The translations under genes were made by a program, and so were the position numbers. The notes under the pieces are model-generated. The model was not told where the DNA came from. It saw nothing but the letters and a program-made list of their open reading frames with translations, and did not search any database. From Heterodontus francisci (taxonomy: Eukaryota), in NCBI RefSeq assembly GCF_036365525.1, contig NC_090400.1, positions 33,010,613 through 33,074,612 of the forward strand: a stretch of DNA of 64,000 nt. Reading direction: 5' to 3'. This document shows positions 26,895 to 38,849 of the stretch, one piece after another. Position 1 is the stretch's first letter. The number at the start of each line of letters is the position of its first letter.

Positions 26895-29800
26895 CTGAAA
26901 CAATAAAGGTAAATCCCATGTTAAGTTTCCAGATGGCAATAATTTTTATCCGATATATCATTTCTGGAGATTTTTTCCATAAATATAAAGAACAAAGCAA
27001 AAGGTGTATACTCAAGTGGCTTAATCTAAAACTCACAGTGTAAAGACAATAAAACATGGATAAGAAATGGACATTATAACAGATTTAAGGTGATTGATAG
27101 AAGGATTAGAGGGAACATGAGGAAAAACTTTTTCACCCAGAGGGTGGTGGGTGTCTGGAATTCACTGCTAGGAATGGCGGTGGAGCCAGAAACCCTCAAT
27201 TCTTTTAAAAGGTACCTGGACATGCACCTGAAGTGCTGTAACCTGCAAGGCTATGGACCAGGTGCTGGAAGGTGGAATTAGATTGGGTAGCTAGTTTTCT
27301 CAGCTGGCACGGACATGATGGGCTGAATGGCCTCCTTCTGTGGCGTAATTTTTCTATGGTTCTATAACCTGCAAATAAGACCTGCGCCCGAACAAAAACT
27401 TTAGCTAAAAAATCCAATTTAGCAGCCTGTAGAAGCAGAGAGATTTGCTATCACTTGCGGTAATATAACTTTCAGCAATGGTGGAAAATGGACTAAATGA
27501 GATTGGATGGACCTAATACACTTCAATGGCTAAAAAAATTGGACAGAGTACATAATGGGCACCAATCTGATGTTGTCCCCTTCACATCCCCATTGAAGTT
27601 GTAAATTCAGACAAATGTTGAATTGAAATAAATCACATATAGTTTAATGATTTGTACTTTTATCCCAATTATTTGTTCTCATGACAATTCCCCTCAAATG
27701 GAACTGCTTTTTTTCTAAAATTTGAGAACTACTGGCTTCTCCATAACCAGCATCTGTAGCTTCCCCATGAGAATATAATAGGACATACACTGTGACACAA
27801 CAAGAGAGGTGGTTAACTTTCCTTCCTGCCTTGAGATGCAATGCACCATGATATGAATCACTCCACAAATAAAACATTCCAAATTTCAAATGTTGGGCAG
27901 TTATGGCTCCATGTCATGTTATAACATCACTCTATAAAATCAATTTACCTAAATAAATTGGCATTAAAAAATTGATGGAAACTGTATTATCAACTTTTAA
28001 CAATTTTTCATTATTGATACGTTACTAATTGTGGTTGAACAAAATGTTTTAGCACCACATGTCCTCATATCAATATACCAGCAGAGATGTTCAAACATTA
28101 GCTTGAGCAAGTCTACAGAGCTGCAAAATTGGCAGCACCTGTTCTTTACCAACATGAAATCTGTGCAGCATTCAAAGTTAAGGATGGCCTACTACCAAAG
28201 TTTTGCTGGCTTTCCATTGATCTTCTATATCATGAATTCAACAAATGAACTTGCTGTTGTGGGCAGAGAATATAAGCATATCTAGTGCATTACAGATTCC
28301 AAACACAACAAAATTAAGAACTGTCATCAATTGCAGGCTGGAGTAGCTTGCTGTAAAGCTTGCTTTTGGTCATTTTTATCTCCATGCCTTTGCAACCTCC
28401 AGATCCGACTATCCCAACACACACCTGGATGGCCTCCCAACTTCCATAAACTTGAGCTCATTCAAAGCTCTGTTGCCCGTATCCTAACTTGCAGCAAGTC
28501 CTGTTCACACGTCACCCCTGTACTCATTAACTTGCATTGGCTCCTGGTCCAGCAACGACTCAGTTTAAAGGTTGTCATCCTTGTGTTCAAATCCCTCCCT
28601 ATCTCTGTAAACTCCTCCAGCCCTGCAGCTCTCTGAGATCTCTGCATTCCTCCAATTCTGGTTTCTTGTGCATCCTGAATTTTCATTGTTGTGCTATTGG
28701 GAGCCATGCATTCATCTGGGTAGATCTTAAGCTCTGGAATTCCTTCTTTAAACCTCCTTGCTTCTCCACCTTTCTCGCTTCCTTTAAAACACTATCAAAA
28801 ACTACTGTTTTGACCAAGTTTTTGATCACCTGTTCTAACATCTCTTTGTGGCGCAGTGTAAAATTTTGTTCGATAATGTTCCAATGATGTGTCTTGGGAT
28901 GTTTTTACAACATTAAATGCAAGTTGTTGTTGTCATTAGATAACTCCACATTAGATAACTGACAAGGTTCATAAATGAGGGGCTTTGGCAAAGAGACATC
29001 CCCACTATGAGGCTGACTGCCCCGCCAGTATACTCACTGAGAGGTTGGTGGAGGCCACAGCTCGCCCTATTTTCTTTTTGCTACAAATCCACGGTTAGTC
29101 CTGGACATGGGCTAGAGCAAAACGTTCTCTTGCATGCTTTGGTATTTTGCACCATAAATGAGAACCATTTGGTGATGTTTTATAGTCCGCAAGCTTAATC
29201 TACATTGGAAATTTGCTGTCATTTAAGTATCCTTTTCCCTTTCTCACTGTGATCCCAAAAGATATTGTTAAGGCTAAAGCTGGCATTATGACCAACTTGA
29301 ATTAACAATTTGGTCAGGTGGCATTGGACTTCCAAACAATACCTTCAAGATCCTCCCTTGGCCTGGGTATAGCAATAATAACTCATTCATGGCACGCAGC
29401 ACACAATCCTGCTTGTTCACAAGATCCTACTTGTTAGCCCATTGTTCCATATAGTGAGTGCAGCTGACTAGATCTCCAGGTGATGCCACCAACAATCTCA
29501 TGTGCACCAACAGACTGGCTGGTACAGAGAGTTATCAGACATTTATTTTACCAATGAGTTTTGGGTTTGAATCATTCTCAGGCTGATGAGAAAAAAAGAT
29601 TTGTATTTATGTAGCACCTTTCACAAATTCACACCATTCCTAAGTGAATGATGGTCTTTTGATGTGCAGTCACTGTTGTAACATAGGAAACACAGAGCCA
29701 AATTGCACACAGCAAACTTCCATAAAAAGCAATGTGATAATGAGCAGATAATCTGATTTTAGATCAAAAACAAGAAATGCTGGAATCACTCAGCAGGTCT

Positions 29801-32800
29801 GGCAGCATCTGTGGAAAGAGAAGCAGAGTTAAAGTTTCGGGTCAGTGACCCTTCTTCGGAACTGACAAATATTAGAAAAGTCACAGATTATAAGCAAGTG
29901 AGGTGGGGGTGGGGCAAGAGATAACAAAGGAGAAGGTGCAGATTGGACCAGGCCACATAGCTGACCAAAAGGTCACGGAGCAAAGGCAAACAATATGTTA
30001 ATGGTGTGTTGAAAGACAAAGCATTAGTACAGATTAGGTGTGAATACACTGAATATTGAACAGCAGCAAGTGCAAACCTGAAAAAAAAACCTGAAAAAAA
30101 CAGTGGGTAAGCAAACTGAACAAACTAAGATGAAATGAAATCTTAGTTTGTTCAGTTTGCTTACCCACTGTTCTTTTCAGGTTTGCACTTGCTGCTGTTC
30201 AATATTCAGTGTATTCACACCTAATCTGTACTAATGCTTTGGCTTTCAACACACCATTAACATATTGTTTGCCTTTGCTCCGTGACCTTTTGGTCAGCTA
30301 TGTGGCCTGGTCCAATCTGCACTTTCTCCTTTGTTATCTCTTGCCCCACCCCCACCTCACTTGCTTATAATCTGTGACTTTTCTAATATTTGTCAGTTCC
30401 GAAGAAGGGTCACTGACCCGAAACGTTAACTCTGCTTCTCTTTCCACAGATGCTGCCAGACCTGCTGAGTGATTCCAGCATTTCTTGTTTTTGTTTCAGA
30501 TTTCCAGCATCCGCAGTATTTTGCTTTTATCTGATTTTAGATGTTAGGGATAAATATTAGCCAAGACAGTGGAGAGAACCCCCATGCTCTTCTTTAAAAT
30601 AATACTGTGGGATCTGTTGCACCTGCTTGAGATGGCAAATGGGGCTTCAGTTTAATCTGGCATCTGAAAGATGGCACCTCATACAGTGCAGCACTCCCAG
30701 AGTACTGCACTGAAATGTCAGCCTAGATTTTGTGCTCAATTCCCTGGAGTATTCTTTCTCTGCTTAAGAACATAAGTGTCACGAGTTTGGGCAGTTTCAG
30801 GCTGGTCACTGTCCCACAGTACAAAAACTGCCCCTTCCTTTTCCTTCAACTAGATAGAAAAAAAACAAGAAAAAGACCAGTGGAAATTTTCTAAAATAAG
30901 TCCCATCAGATAGTTTACCCAGATCTTCAGAACATAAACCTTACCTGACTCCTGCTGATAGGAATGGCTTCTGCAAATACTGTCCAGATTACTACCTCAT
31001 TACAGGTAGGAGTAGTTAATGAGCCACTATAACGGTAGTATTTACCAAGCTTTTCTTTGTCTAAAATCATTTCATTCAGTGGGAAAGGTGTCAGCAGTGT
31101 TTTGTTGCCTAAGTAAAAATTAGAAAAGTACAAAGAGCTTCAATATTATCTAAAGAAGGGAACTAATAATAAAATACAAGAAATGCTGGATTCACTCAGC
31201 AGGTCTGGCAGCATCTGTGGAAAGAGAAGCAGAGTTAACGTTTCGGGTCAGTGACCCTTCTTCGGAACTGACAAATATTAGAAAAGTCACAGATTATAAA
31301 CAAGTGAGGTGGGGGTTGGGCAAGAGATAACAAAGGAGAAGGTGCAGATTGGACCAGGCCACATAGCTGACCAAAAGGTCACGGAGCAAAGGCAAACAAG
31401 ATGTTAATGGTGTGTTGAAAGACAAAGCATTAGTACAGATTAGGTGTGAATATACTGAATATTGAACATCAGCAAGTGCAAACCTGAAGAAAAACAACCT
31501 GAAAAAAACAGTGGGTGAGCAAACTGAACAAACTAAGATGAACTGAAATAAATACAAAAAAAATTGTAAAAAATGTAAAAAGGAATGCCAAAAAAAAAAG
31601 GAAGAAAAAATAACTAAAAATGAAAGTAAAGTGGGGGGCTGTCATGCTCTGAAATTATTGAACTCAATGTTCAGACCGGCAGGCTGTAGTGTGCCTAATC
31701 GGTAGATGAGATGCTGTTCCTCGAGCTTGCGTTGATGTTCACTGGAACACTGCAGCAATCCCAGGACAGAGATGTGAGCATGAGAGCAGGGGGGAGTGTT
31801 GAAATGGCAAGCAACCGGAAGCTCAGGGTCCTGCTTGCGGACTGAGCGGAGATGTTCCGCAAAGCGGTCACCCAGTCTGCGCTTGGTCTCCCCAATGTAG
31901 AGGAGACCACACTGTGAGCAGCGAATACAGTATACTACATTGAAAGAAGTACAAGTAAATCGCTGCTTCACCTGAAAGGAGTGTTTGGGGCCTGGGATCC
32001 CAGGCCCCAAACACTCCTTTCAGGTGAAGCAGCGATTTACTTGTACTTCTTTCAATGTAGTATACTGTATTCGCTGCTCACAGTGTGGTCTCCTCTACAT
32101 TGGGGAGACCAAGCGCAGACTGGGTGACCGCTTTGCGGAACATCTCCGCTCAGTCCGCAAGCAGGACCCTGAGCTTCCGGTTGCTTGCCATTTCAACACT
32201 CCCCCCTGCTCTCATGCTCACATCTCTGTCCTGGGATTGCTGCAGTGTTCCAGTGAACATCAACGCAAGCTCGAGGAACAGCATCTCATCTACCGATTAG
32301 GCACACTACAGCCTGCCGGTCTGAACATTGAGTTCAATAATTTCAGAGCATGACAGCCCCCCACTTTACTTTCATTTTTAGTTATTTTTTCTTCCTTTTT
32401 TTTTGGCATTCCTTTTTACATTTTTTACAATTTTTTTTGTATTTATTTCAGTTCATCTTAGTTTGTTCAGTTTGCTCACCCACTGTTTTTTTCAGGTTGT
32501 TTTTCTTCAGGTTTGCACTTGCTGATGTTCAATATTCAGTATATTCACACCTAATCTGTACTAATGCTTTGTCTTTCAACACACCATTAACATCTTGTTT
32601 GCCTTTGCTCCGTGACCTTTTGGTCAGCTATGTGGCCTGGTCCAATCTGTACCTTCTCCTTTGTTATCTCTTGCCCAACCCCCACCTCACTTGTTTATAA
32701 TCTGTGACTTTTCTAATATTTGTCAGTTCCGAAGAAGGGTCACTGACCCGAAACGTTAACTCTGCTTCTCTTTCCACAGATGCTGCCAGACCTGCTGAGT

Positions 32801-35800
32801 GAATCCAGCATTTCTTGTTTTTGTTTCAGATTTCCAGCATCCGCAGTATTTTGCTTTTATAATAATAAAATACCTTTTGCTAACTACAGCCTTGAAATAA
32901 TACCGTACGAAGATCAATGCATGAATGCAAAATAGCTCATGTTAAACTCCTTTGTTCACTATTTTAAAAAAGCTACTAACCAACTTACTTTAATGAGCTA
33001 ATAATTCCTTTAAAAGGGAGGGGGGGGACAAAGAAATTTAATATCAATATTTTGAGTGTTGTCTCCATTTGGCAGAATTTCAATGTTGCGATTAATTGTT
33101 ATATAATGTAAACTCTGTGAGGGACACTGTAACCTCAAAAAAACGGATGGGTTTGAATCAGGTGGGATGTCAAAATTTTAAGAATCTCAAACCTGACTCT
33201 AACTTGCCTCCACTCAGCCCACTTTTAATGGAGGTGTGATGGAGGGTCAGGCAACCAACCTGCTCCCTGGAGGCGTGCTGCCCGTTTAAATATTGTAAGG
33301 TAGGGTGTCACATATTTAATCTATCTTCCAGGTTTAATCCTGGTCATCTGGGTTTCCTGAGCCTCGGAAATCCGGCAGCTAAAGGCTGGGGAGGACTGCT
33401 CATAGAAGAGGTAAGTGTCATTACTGTACAGCTTCTGGGTAAGGAGGAGCACAGCATCAGACCCCTAACCCCGCCCCTCCCACCCTCCCCCCAGAATTCA
33501 AAGTTCCCATTCCCCGGAAAACAAAGACAACCCCGCAATCGGACTACCCCCGGAATCGAGCATCAGACTCCCTGCCCAGGAGCAAAGATCAGACCCCTCC
33601 TCCCTTTCTGAACATTCCCCACCTGAAAGGGAGCCAAGCCTGTCAATCAGGCTGGCTTCCAGGTAGGGAACCTGCTTTGAAAAAAGGACTCACACTGTTC
33701 ATTAAAATTAGTCTGTGTTTCCTGGCCAAAACTCCTCCTCCACCACTCAAAAGGCCCACCCAAGTAAATAACGGGGCTTGTCCTTTGCAGCAAGTGACTG
33801 AAAGAGGGAGCAGTTATATTTACTGCATTATATACAATGCCTGTTACTACAGCAGCATTATAGTATTTCAGGTAACAGAGAATGCGCTTTTGAAAATAAT
33901 ATGTCTTCTCAGCAACTTAGCCCTCCTGATAATGCTACTTCATCATAAGAATGACACCATTTAACTTCAGCAGTGAGAACTGCAGCAGGTTTTAACACTT
34001 GGAATTTTTTGCTGCCTCACATTGCTTACCAACGGATCAAAACAAGAGCAAAGGGAAAAAGAGGGAAACACAAATTATTCTTTTTAATGAAACTATTCTT
34101 TTTTCTGTATTGTTCTTCCCTTTTCTCCTGAAGGTGCTGACTGTTGTATTTTATGAAATCAGCTGACTATCAGACTGTCTCAAAGGCAAAGGCGTTCACA
34201 TCTGGACTAATTGACAACATTTTTTGTTTGTTCAGATTGAATAACCTGGAAAAATGAAAGCAAAAAGGATTCGTAAAAAGGGAAAAAAAATAAGGAGAGC
34301 AATGGAAGAAAATAAATTAAATGCGGATAAATGAAAAGAGACAGAATGGAATATACTGAAATAAAAACAGGAAATGCTGGAAACACTTAGCAGGTCAGGC
34401 AGCGTGTGTGGAGAGAGAAACAGTTTCAGGTCAGTGACCTTTCATCAGGATACAAGTGATCAACCCAAAACGTTAACTGTTTCTCTCTCCACACATGCTA
34501 CCTGACCTATTGTATCATAGAATCATAGCAACTTGCAGCACAATAATAGCAATTAAAGGGATTATTAGAGTTGGCAATAGAAAATGAAAATCAGGGCCAG
34601 AAATAGCTGGGGAGGGGGGAGGGTGGAGGGAAGTTGGGGATACGGAGGGGGTGGGGAGTGGGGGGTGGCGGAGGCGGGGATCGTTGGAGAGAAGCAGAGA
34701 AGAAAGCAAGAGATAATTGGAAGGGATGGGAGATGTAATCAGGGAAGAGATAGTTGAATTTTTTATATTGTTATTAATACTTACCAGTTTGTTGAACTGT
34801 TTTCAGAACATCGATCAGCTTTTTCATGTTTGAATTGTCTTCAGGTGATTCCTATAAAGAGTTAAAGAGATAAATATAAGCCATGCTGTTGGGGAGGAGA
34901 AGTTGGCAGACCAGGGGTGAGCACTCCTGTTATTCCTGCCCCACAGCAGTGCTGTGAAGGCACATACCTTCTCCCCAAAGTTATCCTCACCTCACATCAG
35001 CTGCCAGGTTCCTGAGGCCTGGGAAACCCTGCCGTACGCTGTAAAACCTGCAAAGCAGGTTAAATCAGAGGCTGCCAGCCTCATTAAAATATCTGAATTG
35101 CCAACCCACCCCGTGGGAGCCGGTTGGCTTCCCGCCTTTTGTCTCGCCTCCATTAAACCCAAGTGGGCAGGTTGGGGGGGGGGGGGGGGGGGCGGGTTCC
35201 CAATATGCTCAAATTTTGCCTGATTTAACTCCTCATCCTGACCCAACCCCACACGCTCACTCATATTAATATTCCCTCCGGTGAGTAGAAAATCTAGTCC
35301 CTGATATCTAGGCACAGACATGAAGAATGACAACTTGGGGAAATATCTGTGGGAGGCTGTGCTCTTTGGAGCATCCCCCATTGTGCACCCCAACTTCAGA
35401 AGAGGAGCAGGTGCATACTATCAGCTTCATTATCAGTTAAGCTTTAAGCTAAGTCGTACAAAAGAATTTCACAAACATCTGCAGAGCACCATATTTGATA
35501 AATAATGAATGCAATACTATCTAACAGACATCTATTGTGATTTATTTCAATCTATTTTTCGAACATTAAATATAATTCCATAGGATTGCTTCTGTGAAAA
35601 TATTTGAGCTGTTTTCCTCTGTCACAACTTGCTGAGTGATTCCTCCCAGTCGTAGTGTAAATGCTGAGGAACATTACTCACTACAAAGAAGAATCCCAGC
35701 ACGGCCAGACCATCAGGATGTGTTAGGGCATCTTCCAAGGAATTGTATTTTTGATTCTGGTGGACTACATGCAACTGCAGAAAGCAAATTCATGATGGTT

Positions 35801-38800
35801 ACAAATCACACAGAATTCTACATAACAATTATAGTTTTAATAAGCTTACAGAAAGATGGGTCCTAAATCACTGTGTATATAAATTTATAGTGCATAAGAT
35901 AATGGGAGCGTTGTTGATGTAATCTTATGTTAATATTTGGGGATTTCTTGGACTGCAAAATTGATCCAGGAAGGATTTTGTGTGCACTAAGCAGTCAACA
36001 GAGAGGGCAATCCTCGTAGGTATGGGAGAGGAGGCCACTCCTTCTATCTGCATGAAGTAGGGAAGGATTTTGTACTTCCAAAGTAATAATTCACTCACTT
36101 GAATTAATTTGGCTTGGTAAATATGAAGTGAACATGAAATATAGAATCAGAACACAACAAAAAGAAGTGCTGGCTCAAGCATAACTTTGAAGTTACCATA
36201 TCAATGATTTTCCTACGTAATGACCTGAAAGCAAAGCAGATACGCAGGATAACAACAGAGTGACTTTTTTTGCATTCGTTTCTGAGCCAGCATTTATTGC
36301 TCATTCCTAATGGCCCTTGAGAAGGTGGTGGTGAGCTGCCTTCTTGAATCGCTGCAGTCCATGTGGGGTAGGTACACCAACAGTGCTGTTAGGAAGGGAG
36401 ACCGAGCGACAGTGAAGGAACGGCGATATGGTTCCAAGTCAGGATGGTGTGTGGCCTTGAGGTGAACTTGCAGGTGGTGGTGTTCCCATGCATCTGCTGC
36501 CCTTGTCCTTCTAGGTGGTAGAGGTCACGGGTTTGGAAGGTGCTGTCTAAGGAGCCTTGGCGCGTTGCTGCAGTGCATCTTGCAGATGGTACACATTGCT
36601 GCCACTGTGCGTCAGAGGTGGAGGGAGTGAATGTTGAAGGTCGTGCATGGAGTGCCAATCAACAGGGCTGCTTTGTTCTGGATGGTGTCGAGCTTCTTGA
36701 GTGTTGTTGAAGCTGCACTCATCCAGGCAAGTGCAGAGTATTCCATCACACTCCTGACTTGTGCCTTGTAGATGGTGGACAAGCTTTGGGGGAGTCAGAA
36801 GGTGAGTTACTTGCTGCAGGATTCCTAGCCTCTGACCTGCTCTTGTAGCCACGGTATTTATATGGCTACTCCAGGTCAGTTTCTGGTCAATGGTAACCCC
36901 CACGATGTTGATAATGGGGGATTCAGCGATCGTAATGCCATTGAATGTCAAGGGGAGATGGTTAGATTCTCTCTTGTTGGAGATAGTCATTGCCTGGCAC
37001 TTGTGTGGCGCGAATGATACTTGCCACTTATCAGCCCAAGCCTGGATATTGTCCAGGTCTTGCTGTATTTCTACACGGACTGCTTCAGTATCGCAGGAGT
37101 CGCGAATAGTGCTGAACATTGTGCAAACATCAGCGAACATCCCCACTTCTGACCTTATGATTGAAGGAAGGTCATTGATGAAGCAGCTGAAGATGGTTGG
37201 GCCTAGGACACTACCCTGAGGAACTCCTGCAGTGATGTCCTGGAGTGCAGATGATTGACCTCCAACAACCACAACCATCTTCCTTTGTGCTAGGTGTGAC
37301 TCCAACCAGTGGACAGTTTTCCCCCTGATTCCCAATGACTCCAGTTTTGCTAGGGCTCCTTGATGCCACACTCTGTCAAATGCCACCTTGATGTCGAGGG
37401 CAGTCATTTTCACTTCACCTCTTGAGTTCAGCTCTTTTGTCCATGTTTGAACCAAGGCTGTATTGAGGTCTGGAGCTGGGTGGCCCTGGCAGAACCCAAA
37501 TTGAGCATCACTGAGCAGGTTATTGCTAAGCAGGTGCTGCTTGATAGTACTGTCGATGATACCTTTGATCACTTTACTGATGATTGAGAGTAGACTGATG
37601 GGCCGGGTTAGACTTGTCCTGCTTTTTGTGTACAGGACATACCTGGGCAATTTTCCACATTGCAGGGTAAATGCCAGTGTTGTAGCTGTACTGGAACAGC
37701 TTGGCTAGGGGCAGCGCAGGTTCTGGAGCACAGGTCTTCAGTACTATTGGCGGAATGTTTTTAGGGCCCATAGCCTTTGCAGTATCTAGTACCTTCCGTC
37801 ATTTCTTGATATCATGTGGAGTGAATCAAATTAGCTGAATTTGAAGAAGTGCCACTGACCTGAAACGTTAACTCTGCTTCTCTCTCCACAGATGCTGCCA
37901 GACCTGCTGAGTATTTCTAGCATTTCTTGTTTTTATTTCAGATTTCCAGCATCTGCAGTATTTTGCTTTTAAATTAGCTGAAGACTGGCATCTGTGGTAC
38001 TGGGGACTTCAGGAGGAGGCCGAGATGGATAACCAACTCGGCACTTCTGGCTGAAGATTGTTGCAAATGCTTCAGTCTTATCTTTTGCACTGATGTGCTG
38101 GGCTCCCCCATCATTGAGGATGGGATATTTGTGGAGCCACCTCCTCCAGTTAGTTGTTTAATTGTTCACCACCATTCACGACTGGATGTGGCAGAACTGC
38201 AGAGCTTAGATCTGATACGTTGGTAATGGGATCGCTTGGCTCTGTCTAATGCATGCTGCTTACACTGTTTGGCACGCAAGTAGTCCTGGGTTGTAGCTTC
38301 ACTAGGTTGACACCTCATTTTGAGGTATGCCTGGTGCTGCTCTGGGCATGCCCTCCTGCACTCTTCATTGAACCAATGTTGATCCCCCGGCTTGATGGTA
38401 ATGCTAGAGTGGGGGATATGCCGGGCCATGAGGTTACAGATTGTGGTTGAGTACAATTCTGCTGCTGCTGATGGCCCACAGCACCTCTTGGATGCCCAGT
38501 TTTGCATTGCTAGATCTGTTCGAAATCTATCCCGTTTAGCATGGTGATAGTGCCACACAACATGATGGAGGGTATCCTCAATGTGAAGGCGGGACTTCGT
38601 CTCCACAAGGACTGTACTGTGGTCACTCCTACCAATACTGTCATGGACAGATGCACCTGCGGCAGGCAGAATGGTGAAGACACGGCCAAGTATAGTTTTC
38701 CCTCTTGTTGGTTCCCTCACCAGCTGCCGCAGACCCAGTGTAGCAGCTATGTCCTTTAGGAGTCGGCCAGCTTGGTCAGTAGTGGTGCTACTGAGACACT

Positions 38801-38818
38801 CTTGATGATGGACATTGA

Positions 38819-38849
<31 letters not shown>

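Noticed and set aside
31642-32353. Two identical 122-aa ORFs as a duplicated host nuclease gene
   Set aside because: Truncated PLE GIY-YIG domains; the apparent start codon arises from reading across the palindrome centre
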